A DNA stretch of 32,000 bases from Lachnospiraceae bacterium (GCA_015057115.1 SVEZ01000002.1:203456-235455); one strand, 5' to 3'. Shown: positions 17,519 through 25,752, counted from the first letter of the stretch. Notes: generated from the sequence alone by a model not told the origin. A program made the numbers and translations.

Positions 17519-17547
17519 ATTATAGTATGCTTTGTTCCATTTTGCAA
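17519..17547 (-). promoter_or_regulatory. Sigma-A type promoter
   Basis: On the minus strand: TTGCAA, 17 nt, TATAAT. Confidence 0.6.
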
Positions 17548-17631
17548 GCGTTCCCTTAAATTTCCTTTTTTTATTAACAGATTGAACTTACTTTGGTTTT
17601 TCGATCACACTTCCGTTAAACTTTGGGAATT

Positions 17632-19155
17632 TTACACATCCTCTCCACGGTAATCAATCTGTAATTCGAACCAAAATGTACTGCCTTTTCCAATTTCACT
17701 TTCCACACCATATTGGGCACGATGAAGAATCAGAATGTTTTTAACAATGGAAAGTCCGAGACCGGTACCCTGAACCGAGCGTTTATGGTTCTTATCCACC
17801 TTATAATACCGCTCCCAAACATTATCAAGTTCTGTCTTGGGAATTCCTTCTCCGGAATCAATAATCTCAATGCGCACAACATCACCCTTCAGAATCTGTC
17901 GAACCTGAACCAGTTTGTCCGCCCCGGTATAGTTAATGGCATTATTTATCAGGTTATAAACCACCTGATAAATCTTATACTCATCTGCCACCACGTATAC
18001 ATCCTGCTCTGCCTCAAAAGTTATTACATAACCTTCCTGTTCTCGCAGTTTATTATACCGGTCAAACACCTGACGGATACTTTCCGTCAAATTATAGCGA
18101 ATAAGCTTTAATTCCTCTACTCCTCCTTGGAGTTTAGATAAATCCAGCACGTCATTAACCAACGTTGTAAGACGATTCGCTTCATCAATAATAACCTGCA
18201 CATTCTCCGGCGTATTTTCACCCGGGATGTCACGCATTACCTCTGCATACCCGGTAATCATGGTAAGTGGGGTTCTAAGATCATGGGACACATTTGCCAC
18301 AATTTCATGTTGATACTGCTCCGTCTTACCCAACTCCGAAGCTGCAAAATTCAAGGTATCCGATAATTCGTCAAACTCCCGATAATGTTCCGCCCGGAAA
18401 TTCGGTGAAAAGTCTCCTTTTGCCAGCCGTTTCGCCGCCTCATTCATACGAATCAACGGTCGTGCCACCATGTTGGAAATAAAAACAGCAAATATAATTC
18501 CAAGAACCAGAAGTACACCCGTTATTACCAACAGCTGAATCTTAATGGTTTCCACGGTTGAAGTAACGGGTGTTACCGTTATATTTACCAATAGAACCGG
18601 CGAACCATATGCCTCCGGATTAATTATTTTTGTTAAAATAATACTTTCGCCACGTTCCAATCCTTCGTTCTGTCGGAATTTCTTTTCTGAATCCTTTTTT
18701 CCTCCGGGAGCCAGGCTGTCTCCACCAATTCCGGAAGAATCATCTCCCCCCATTTCACTATCATTTCCGATAACGGTATAACTGTACTCACCGTTATGCA
18801 TTCTCGCTTTTTCAAGAAGCTGTCGAAACATTTCGGTCGGCATATATAAAAGCGAGGACACTGGATTATGATCTGACAAATACAAATAGGACAGATTCTC
18901 ATTAGTCAGCATCACCGAATAATTGTGTTCTCCAGCAATATCACTGATTTTCGTTTCCAAATCAGGATCTTCTGCTTCAATCAACTCCGCAAGCTGCTCA
19001 TAAACCTTCTTTGCCTCAACCCGCTTAATATACTTATAAAACTCATTCAGGTATACTACCTGAAAAACCCAAAGTAAAATAATCAATATCGCACAAAAAA
19101 GCAGCATATAGCCACATAGCTGCCATTTTGCACTCAGTTTTCTTTTACGCCTCAA
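17632..19155 (-). CDS. Sensor histidine kinase (2 TM, HAMP, HisKA, HATPase_c)
   Basis: H-box SHDLRTPLT, N-box NLINNAINYT and G-boxes DSGEGI / GTGLGLSI are present. I prefer the TTG start at 19155 (GAGGAG upstream, overlapping the regulator's stop). The ATG at 19212 would overlap the regulator gene by 68 nt. Confidence 0.86.
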   Translation of the reverse strand: MRRKRKLSAKWQLCGYMLLFCAILIILLWVFQVVYLNEFYKYIKRVEAKKVYEQLAELIEAEDPDLETKISDIAGEHNYSVMLTNENLSYLYLSDHNPVSSLLYMPTEMFRQLLEKARMHNGEYSYTVIGNDSEMGGDDSSGIGGDSLAPGGKKDSEKKFRQNEGLERGESIILTKIINPEAYGSPVLLVNITVTPVTSTVETIKIQLLVITGVLLVLGIIFAVFISNMVARPLIRMNEAAKRLAKGDFSPNFRAEHYREFDELSDTLNFAASELGKTEQYQHEIVANVSHDLRTPLTMITGYAEVMRDIPGENTPENVQVIIDEANRLTTLVNDVLDLSKLQGGVEELKLIRYNLTESIRQVFDRYNKLREQEGYVITFEAEQDVYVVADEYKIYQVVYNLINNAINYTGADKLVQVRQILKGDVVRIEIIDSGEGIPKTELDNVWERYYKVDKNHKRSVQGTGLGLSIVKNILILHRAQYGVESEIGKGSTFWFELQIDYRGEDV

Positions 19156-19825
19156 ATTTATACCCCACTCCTCGCAATGTAACCAGATGATTTCGATACT
19201 CACCAAGAGCATTTCTCAAAAGCTTGATGTGCGTATCCAAAGTACGGTCATCACCATAATAATCATATCCCCAGACCTGGGTAATAAGCTGCTCTCTGGA
19301 AAGAGCAATATTTCGATTCTCAACCAGGTAAAACAAAAGGGCATACTCCTTAGGCGAAAGTTCAACACGCTGTCCGTCTACAGAAACCGTTCGTGCCGTA
19401 AAATCAATACTCAACCCTTCAGTAGTAAATACTTTGTGTTCCATCACCGCATCCTGATGTTTCTCATGCCGCTGAATAATAACTTTGGCACGCATCATTA
19501 GCTCCTTGGGAGAAAAGGGTTTTACCACATAATCGTCTATACCTATTTCAAAACCGTGGATTTTATCATATTCTTCACCTCTGGCAGAAAGCATCAGCAC
19601 TGGGATATCCTTCTTTTCCATAATGGATCTGGCAGCGGAAAAGCCGTCCAGTTCCGGCATCATCACATCCATAATGATTAAATCGAAGTCTTCTTTTTCA
19701 CACATTGCAATGGCATCCATACCATTTTCCGCCTCGGAAATAACGTAGCCTTCGAATTCAGCATATTTTTTTATAATTTCGCGAATTTTTCTTTCATCAT
19801 CAACAACTAAAATCCGATTACCCAT
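19145..19825 (-). CDS. OmpR/PhoB-family response regulator
   Basis: The REC domain shows ILVVDDE, IMDVMMPELDG and VVKPF. A winged-helix C-terminus follows (LSPKEYALLFYL...TLDTHIKLLRNAL...TLRGVGYKF). The ATG at 19825 (MGNRILVVDD) is preceded by GGAGG. The upstream ATG at 19861 lacks a ribosome-binding site. Confidence 0.9.
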   Translation of the reverse strand: MGNRILVVDDERKIREIIKKYAEFEGYVISEAENGMDAIAMCEKEDFDLIIMDVMMPELDGFSAARSIMEKKDIPVLMLSARGEEYDKIHGFEIGIDDYVVKPFSPKELMMRAKVIIQRHEKHQDAVMEHKVFTTEGLSIDFTARTVSVDGQRVELSPKEYALLFYLVENRNIALSREQLITQVWGYDYYGDDRTLDTHIKLLRNALGEYRNHLVTLRGVGYKFEA

Positions 19826-19905
19826 ACAACCTCCGTTTTCAATTCTTTTCTCATTTATCATACTTTCGTCAAGTGACAGTCCTGTGACGGCTATCTGATG
19901 GTTCC

Positions 19906-19934
19906 ATTATAATTTACCGAAAAAGATTTTGCAA
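19906..19934 (-). promoter_or_regulatory. Sigma-A type promoter of the two-component operon
   Basis: On the minus strand: TTGCAA, 17 nt, TATAAT. Confidence 0.55.
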
Positions 19935-19980
19935 CTTTACAAAAAATTCACCTTATTTTCACACGTTCACGAAAATTACA

Positions 19981-20009
19981 TTGAAAATTATCAAAATATG
20001 TTGTAGAAT
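19981..20009 (+). promoter_or_regulatory. Sigma-A type promoter of the cheY-like operon
   Basis: TTGAAA, 17 nt, TAGAAT, about 34 nt before the ATG at 20043. Confidence 0.55.
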
Positions 20010-20042
20010 TAAGTTATTATTAAGAAATTGCGAGGTATTCCG

Positions 20043-20420
20043 ATGGACATTAAAGATTGTAAAATTTTGATTTGCGATGACTCCATTTTGGCGCGCAAAC
20101 AATTGAAAGACGTACTGACCTCCGCTGGATGTTGTAATTTTTTAGAAGCAAGAGATGGTCAGGCTGCCATTGACATCTACAAAGCAGAAAAGCCAACTCT
20201 GGTCTTTCTGGATATTGTTATGCCAAATGTAGATGGTATTGAAGCTGTAAAACAAATTATGGCTTTCGATAAAGATGCTGTTATCATTATGGTTTCCTCT
20301 GTCGGTACACAGAATCAGATTAAAGCTTCTCTCTTGGAGGGTGCTAAAGATTTTATTCAGAAGCCATTTGTTGCAACTCAAATTACGAATGTACTGAAGA
20401 AAAGAGTGGAGGGAATCTAA
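20043..20420 (+). CDS. Single-domain CheY-like response regulator
   Basis: Shows KILICDDS, FLDIVMPNVDG, MVSS and IQKPF, and has no output domain. The ATG at 20043 has a GAGG ribosome-binding site 7 nt upstream. The track's start at 20028 is a TTG upstream of that site. Confidence 0.9.
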   Translation: MDIKDCKILICDDSILARKQLKDVLTSAGCCNFLEARDGQAAIDIYKAEKPTLVFLDIVMPNVDGIEAVKQIMAFDKDAVIIMVSSVGTQNQIKASLLEGAKDFIQKPFVATQITNVLKKRVEGI

Positions 20421-20423
20421 ACT

Positions 20424-21311
20424 ATGTTTACACAATTATTTGGAAATTTCCTTTTAAGAAAAGGGGTTGTTACCCCGGAACAGCTTTTATCCGTTATTAA
20501 AGCCGCTTCCACTTCTCATGTAAAACTCGGAACCCTCTGTATGCATGCCGGTCTTATGAGCCCTGCTGAGGTTGAGAAGGTTTATGTTATGCAGACACAG
20601 GTGGACAAGCGTTTCGGAGAAATCGCTGTGGATGAAGGTTACCTGACCGCTTCCCAGGTTGAAGAATTAATGGAGAATCAGGGACCGCACTATCTTGTTC
20701 TTGCGCAGGAATTAGCAGAACAAGGCATCTTAAATCACGAAGAAGTTGAGCGTCTTCTTTACGATTACCAAACCGAAACAGAACTTTTTGATTTAGATAT
20801 GATGGAGGATCACAAAGCGAAGTTAAAGAAGTTGGTTTTAAACTTCTGCAATTTCGGCGACATTCGCAATGCGGATACTGCAGTCGCTTACTTGCAACTT
20901 CTGTTTAACAACGTGATTCGTTTCATCGGAGATGATTTTACACCAATGGACTTGGTTCCTTTCCAGGAATACGTTACAAAGGTTGCAACTTCTCAGGCTG
21001 TTTCCGGTGAATTCACCCTTTGCACTGCAGTGGAAATGGACGAGAACACAGCCGTAGCTTTTGCTTCCCGTTATGCAGGCGAAGAATTTAGTGAGTTCAA
21101 CGAGTATTCCATCGCAGCCTTAGAGGATTTCTTAAATTTACATAACGGACTATTCGTAGTGAATATGTCTAACACGTCTTCCATCGAATTGAATTTGGAA
21201 GCGCCAATGGAAATCAGCAATGACCTCTACGCGCCGGAAGGTTCTACCTATCTTTTGCCACTTGCTTATACCTTCGGTACCGTAAACTTTTTAATTACAA
21301 TCTATAACTAA
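20424..21311 (+). CDS. Fusion protein: N-terminal tandem MshEN/T2SSE_N-like 29-residue repeats plus a C-terminal CheX/CheC-like domain
   Basis: 295 aa. The gene starts 3 nt after the cheY-like stop, with GGAGGG upstream. Details of the repeat periodicity and of the N-x22-P spacing of the CheC/CheX motif are given in the findings. Confidence 0.72.
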   Translation: MFTQLFGNFLLRKGVVTPEQLLSVIKAASTSHVKLGTLCMHAGLMSPAEVEKVYVMQTQVDKRFGEIAVDEGYLTASQVEELMENQGPHYLVLAQELAEQGILNHEEVERLLYDYQTETELFDLDMMEDHKAKLKKLVLNFCNFGDIRNADTAVAYLQLLFNNVIRFIGDDFTPMDLVPFQEYVTKVATSQAVSGEFTLCTAVEMDENTAVAFASRYAGEEFSEFNEYSIAALEDFLNLHNGLFVVNMSNTSSIELNLEAPMEISNDLYAPEGSTYLLPLAYTFGTVNFLITIYN

Positions 21312-21325
21312 GGAATGTTTTTTAC

Positions 21326-21359
21326 GGGCTGCATTTCATTGCAGCCCTTATTTATTTTT
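21326..21359 (+). terminator. Rho-independent terminator
   Basis: GGGCTGCA-TTTCAT-TGCAGCCC followed by TTATTTATTTTT. Confidence 0.8.
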
Positions 21360-21374
21360 AAAGGAGACTACTCA

Positions 21375-22193
21375 ATGCTGCCCGGCGTATATACTGAAAC
21401 AAAAAAAGATGGCACACTCTACTACCGTTCCAGTTTTACCTACAAAAACAAACATATCAGTCTTGGAAGCTACAGTTCGGAAGAATTGGCCTTCAAGGCA
21501 TATTTGGATGCCCGCAAATTGATACGGGACGATACATTTCATCTTTACGATGATTTTAGTGGATTTACGTTAGATTTTTCCAGAATCATTAGCATTTTAA
21601 ACTTCCGGGATAACGGACTATACATGAAAACCCCTATCTATGTTCGACAGAACTACTTTTTATACTTTTTGTCTCCATCCCAAGACTTAAAGTTTGATAT
21701 GGATGACCTATTCTATTTCAGCACCCGTACCATTTCCGTTCGCAAAGGTCACTATTTTGTGGCAGACTATGGCATGCAGGTTACATTAACTTCCCGCTAC
21801 GGAATTCGAAACCACGCAGTGAAAGGACGGGATTATCGCTTTGTAAACGGAGACGAAACCGACTTTCGTTCCGCCAATATTTTAGTCATCAACAAGTATT
21901 ACGGTGTCAACCGTTGTATTCATCGTAAAAAGGAAGCCTTTCGCGTTCAAATTCACCTGAAAGGAAATTATGTCATCGGATATTACGAAGAGGAACATCG
22001 GGCTGCCATTGCTTATAACAAGGCTGTAGACGAAGCAAAAAAAGCAGGTATCACGAAGAACTTTCCCATAAACTTTGTGGATGAATGTTCAAACCGACAA
22101 TATGCCCAAATCTATTCCCAGATTACCCTTCCAACCAAATATATGCATGCCCTCGTTCAACATAAAGAATCGAGTGCGCTTACAAAAATGTGA
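21375..22193 (+). CDS. Protein with two AP2/ERF-like DNA-binding domains
   Basis: I prefer the ATG at 21375 (AAAGGAG ribosome-binding site), because the longer track ORF would translate through the terminator hairpin. The N-terminal domain reads LPGVYTE..GTLYYRSSFTYKNKHISLGSYSSEELAFKAYLDA. The C-terminal domain reads YYGVNRC...EAFRVQIHLKGNYVIGYYEEEHRAAIAYNKAV. Both fit the AP2 pattern G(V)Y...Y.a.i..kgk...LG.f.t.eeAa.aYn.A. Confidence 0.72.
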   Translation: MLPGVYTETKKDGTLYYRSSFTYKNKHISLGSYSSEELAFKAYLDARKLIRDDTFHLYDDFSGFTLDFSRIISILNFRDNGLYMKTPIYVRQNYFLYFLSPSQDLKFDMDDLFYFSTRTISVRKGHYFVADYGMQVTLTSRYGIRNHAVKGRDYRFVNGDETDFRSANILVINKYYGVNRCIHRKKEAFRVQIHLKGNYVIGYYEEEHRAAIAYNKAVDEAKKAGITKNFPINFVDECSNRQYAQIYSQITLPTKYMHALVQHKESSALTKM

Positions 22194-22227
22194 AAAAAGC
22201 ACCTGCAAATCAGCAGATGCTTTTTTC
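22194..22227. terminator. Bidirectional terminator between the AP2 gene and the metG-like gene
   Basis: AAAAAA-GCACCTGC-AAATCA-GCAGATGC-TTTTTT, with one mismatch in the stem. Confidence 0.7.
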
Positions 22228-22254
22228 TATAAGTAAAATAATGAATTACCTTTT

Positions 22255-24249
22255 CTATGCTTCCTGTTCAAACTGGCAAGCCGGTTTCTTGAAAAAGTCA
22301 ACTTTCGGCTCCAAGAATTTCAATTCATGGTTCTCTTCCGTCAAAACGGTAATCGGTTCGAAGATATAGTCCCAGTTAAAGAGTCTATCATCTACTTTCA
22401 AATACTCCTGAACCATTTCACATCCGGATGGTGCAATAGGATGAAGTAAGGTTGTGATGACCTTTACGCCGTAGAAACAGTCTACTAAAAGCTGTTTACG
22501 CATTGCTTCATCATCATTTTTCTCTGCAACCTTAATATTATTTACCCAATGCTTGTTAATATCACGGATCAGACTATCCAACACATAGGTTACACGATGG
22601 AATTCGTGATTATACATATGGCGCTCATATTCTAAAATCGCATCCTTGCAAATGTTTAAAATCTTCTCGTCCACCTGACCGGTAGGCATAATGCCATTGT
22701 AATACTGCTGTGTTGAATAGAAGCAGGAACGAACCAGACGGTTAAATACATTGGTAAGAAGGTTTCCTTCTTTTAATACCGGATCCGCGCCTTCCCGTTC
22801 TTCCTTCGGTAAATAAACCTGCGGTTTAAATCCAACACTCTTGCTGGCAAGGCCAAGACTCAAGAAATGAATACGAAGCTGCTCTGCAGAATAGTAATCC
22901 AAAAGCTCATCTGCCATTGGTGGTTTCAATGCAGAACTACTGCTGGCCTTTTTATCCATAAACAAAATATGATTATTAGCTACAATATGCGGCAGAACTT
23001 CTTTTTCCATATCGACCTGCTCACCCTTCTTATGATTCAGACCGACAAACATTCCCATCTCTGCCAAACCGTAGAAGTAAATGTTGTCCTGACCGATAAA
23101 CTGATAAACGCAAGCGTCCTCGTCCAGCCACCATCTCTTCCACTCATCATCATCAAATCCATGCTCTTTGAAGTATGTTCTTGAAAAAGACACCGGCGCC
23201 CACAAGGATTCCGGCCATACCCAGAAAGTAAGTCCTTCAACATCCTCTTTATCAGGTACAGGCACACCCCAATCAATATTGCCGGAAAGTCGGAACGGAA
23301 CAAGTGTCTTACCTGTACGGTAATGAATTCCTTTCTCATCCAAAATTTCTCTGGCTTTATCACGACCATCCAGGTTCTTAAAAATGAAAGTAACGGATGG
23401 TTTCTTTTCTTCATTAATAGTTTCATGCTCAGGGAAGGCAGCCTCTAAGCTTTCCATATCATCCATCTGTTTCTTCTGAACATAGATGCACGGATCCTTT
23501 AAAAACTCTTCCATTGCCTTAATTTCAAACTTTCTGGTATTGCTGTTTCTTGTAAGGAACTGCATTCTTTCGCTCAACATATCCATACAATCTTCCAAAG
23601 TAAAATACCAGTTGGTAACAGGTCTGATTTCCGGCTTCACACCGGACAAAGTACTAATTGGATCAATCAACTCTGACGGAGAATACTGATGTCCCAAATC
23701 ACACTCATCCGCATATCCTTTTTCAGAACAACATCCTTCAATAGGACATTTTCCTACTACCTGACGTCCATTAACGAACATCTTCTTAACCGGATCATAA
23801 AACTGCGGTGTAGACATTTTTGCAAGATGTCCATTCTCATACAGTTTATCAAAAACCTCTTTGGAAACCTGCTTATGCATCTTACCGGTTTCTCCGAATG
23901 CCGAGGCGCCAAAGATATCTAAACTAATCTCATAATCCTTTAATGTCTTCTTCTGCTTTTCATGGTTGCCCATAACATAATCTTCCATGGACTTGGAATA
24001 TCCCTCGTCACACAGCTTACGATAAGCTTCAACAATGGGAGAGCCATAGCAATCGGTACCGGAAACAAACAAAACATTTTCCTTACCGATGCGATCTCTT
24101 AAAAAACGAGCAAAAGTATCCGCATGAACAAACATACCACCTACATGTCCAAAATGTAAGGTCTTGTTGCCATAAGGCATACCTCCTGTAATCAATGCTC
24201 TTTTAGGAAATACCGGACGTTCGTCATTCCGAATTCTTTTATTAACCAT
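22255..24249 (-). CDS. metG: Methionyl-tRNA synthetase-like class I aminoacyl-tRNA ligase
   Basis: 664 aa. Shows PYGNKTLHFGHVGG (HIGH-type), SGTDCYGSPI and a Zn knuckle CPIEGC...CDLGH. Also shows DWGVPVP and FWVWPESLWAP, which are MetRS-like blocks. The KMSKS position reads KASSS. Confidence 0.82.
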   Translation of the reverse strand: MVNKRIRNDERPVFPKRALITGGMPYGNKTLHFGHVGGMFVHADTFARFLRDRIGKENVLFVSGTDCYGSPIVEAYRKLCDEGYSKSMEDYVMGNHEKQKKTLKDYEISLDIFGASAFGETGKMHKQVSKEVFDKLYENGHLAKMSTPQFYDPVKKMFVNGRQVVGKCPIEGCCSEKGYADECDLGHQYSPSELIDPISTLSGVKPEIRPVTNWYFTLEDCMDMLSERMQFLTRNSNTRKFEIKAMEEFLKDPCIYVQKKQMDDMESLEAAFPEHETINEEKKPSVTFIFKNLDGRDKAREILDEKGIHYRTGKTLVPFRLSGNIDWGVPVPDKEDVEGLTFWVWPESLWAPVSFSRTYFKEHGFDDDEWKRWWLDEDACVYQFIGQDNIYFYGLAEMGMFVGLNHKKGEQVDMEKEVLPHIVANNHILFMDKKASSSSALKPPMADELLDYYSAEQLRIHFLSLGLASKSVGFKPQVYLPKEEREGADPVLKEGNLLTNVFNRLVRSCFYSTQQYYNGIMPTGQVDEKILNICKDAILEYERHMYNHEFHRVTYVLDSLIRDINKHWVNNIKVAEKNDDEAMRKQLLVDCFYGVKVITTLLHPIAPSGCEMVQEYLKVDDRLFNWDYIFEPITVLTEENHELKFLEPKVDFFKKPACQFEQEA

Positions 24250-24282
24250 CTTTTCTGCTCCAATCTAAAAATTCTCCCTATT

Positions 24283-24311
24283 ATTTTACATCCCCCATGT
24301 TGTAAAATCAA
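24283..24311 (-). promoter_or_regulatory. Candidate sigma-A promoter of the metG-like gene
   Basis: On the minus strand: TTGATT, 17 nt, TAAAAT. Confidence 0.45.
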
Positions 24312-24326
24312 GAACTGTTATATCTC

Positions 24327-25496
24327 TTACTTTATCGTTCTATCAAAAATATCCTTTCCTCGTTCAAATTGAACATATACAACAAAAGGATCCGTCACAT
24401 TTCCGGCTTCATCTTTTGCTCGAATCTCAACTGCTTTCTTTCCGGGCTCAACCGACAAATACGCCTTCAGTAATTCTTCCGCGTTTACTATAATATAGGA
24501 AGAATCCAGTTTCTTTCCTTGATCCTTGGCTGTAACGTACTGCTTCAGATACTCAGCAATCTCTCGATGCGTTATTTCTTTTCCTTCTTCAGTAAGCTTC
24601 GCCAGATCCTCGTCAGTAATTACCAGGTTCTCAATCTTTTTAGTGTTCAAAACCGGTGCAATGGTATCCTGTACCCGAATTTCAATCTGACGTGTTGCAC
24701 GATTTCCCAACCGGTCGATTGCTGAAAATGTTACGGTATATTCGCCGATTTTCTTAAGATTATAGGTTCCTTTTATGGATACCTTCAATGAATTACCACG
24801 AAAGTCTTTTGCCGTGGCCATTTTTAACAAATCTGCTTTCTTTGTTTCCCCAACCTCAAAAGCTTTCTGCCCTTGTACACGAATGGTGGGTAAAACCTTT
24901 AACCAAGGATTCTTCTTATTAAGATCCGTTGGATCCCATTTCCGTTTTGCATCCTTTTTGGAGATTTTCATTGTCTCCGGTTTATTCAACGGCTCTTTCT
25001 TATTACTATCATATATGTGTACCGGGGTTCCGGCTTTACAATGATCGTAAATCCACTTTGCATCTTCTACTGACAAGCGAACACATCCATGGGATGCCGA
25101 AGTTCCTAATTTATTAAATTCTTCAAATTGTAAGGTAGAAGGGTCTTTTTTATTATAACCGACAGAATGGAAAAGGATGGAACCGCATATACGAGTAGCA
25201 TACTGACCGTATGTTCCATAAAAGAGTTGTCTCCAGCGATAGCGATTGGACGTTTTAAAATTCCCCTTTGGCGTACGATTATCCACGCCAACAGAGCATA
25301 CCATAGCCTTTACGGGCTGGGTATACTTGCCGTTCTTTCCTTTCTTATACACAATCACTACGTTCTGCTTGCGATTAACATCGATTGAATACTTAAATTT
25401 TGCTGCTTCTACGCGGCCTGCAGGCATACATAACAGCAAGCAAAGTACCAGAAATACCATACTGATTACATAATTTTTCAAACTCATTTTTTCCAT
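24327..25496 (-). CDS. Secreted L,D-transpeptidase (YkuD domain) with C-terminal Ig-like domain(s)
   Basis: 389 aa. A signal peptide is present (MSLKNYVISMVFLVLCLLLCMPAGRVEA). The YkuD catalytic block reads ILFHSV...GTSASHGCVRLSVEDAKWIY. A C-terminal ...DTIAPVL... beta-rich region follows. Confidence 0.9.
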   Translation of the reverse strand: MEKMSLKNYVISMVFLVLCLLLCMPAGRVEAAKFKYSIDVNRKQNVVIVYKKGKNGKYTQPVKAMVCSVGVDNRTPKGNFKTSNRYRWRQLFYGTYGQYATRICGSILFHSVGYNKKDPSTLQFEEFNKLGTSASHGCVRLSVEDAKWIYDHCKAGTPVHIYDSNKKEPLNKPETMKISKKDAKRKWDPTDLNKKNPWLKVLPTIRVQGQKAFEVGETKKADLLKMATAKDFRGNSLKVSIKGTYNLKKIGEYTVTFSAIDRLGNRATRQIEIRVQDTIAPVLNTKKIENLVITDEDLAKLTEEGKEITHREIAEYLKQYVTAKDQGKKLDSSYIIVNAEELLKAYLSVEPGKKAVEIRAKDEAGNVTDPFVVYVQFERGKDIFDRTIK

Positions 25497-25722
25497 ACTG
25501 CCTTCTCCTCAAAAATTCAAGTTAAAATTTCTTATATACAAATATTATAATGCCATTTTGTCTGTAAGTAAACCAAAAATTTCTCCAAATCTGACAATTT
25601 AAACATCTTTTCAAGGCTGAATTGTATGGAATTGTATATGAAATTTTCAAAATTTAATTTTCTTAAATCGTATTTATAACGTGCAGTCCTAGCCGTCTTA
25701 TATCAGAGGATATTTTAAAATC

Positions 25723-25752
25723 AAAAGCCGACATTTTTGTTTGTCGGCTTTT
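25723..25752. terminator. Hairpin terminator downstream of the DUF11-like gene
   Basis: AAAAGCCGACA, an 8-nt loop, then TGTCGGCTTTT. U-rich flanks are present on both strands. Confidence 0.7.

Noticed and set aside
19156-19212. The ATG at 19212 as the start of the histidine kinase (track ORF 17632-19212).
   Set aside because: It would overlap the response-regulator gene by 68 nt and has no ribosome-binding site. The TTG at 19155 follows GAGGAG and gives the usual short overlap, with a basic N-terminus followed by the first TM segment. Not certain.
21315-21374. The longer start (MFFTGCISLQPLFIFKGDYS...) for the AP2 protein.
   Set aside because: These codons are the terminator hairpin and T-tract of the upstream operon. 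The ATG at 21375 has a proper AAAGGAG ribosome-binding site, and the AP2 motif begins right after it.
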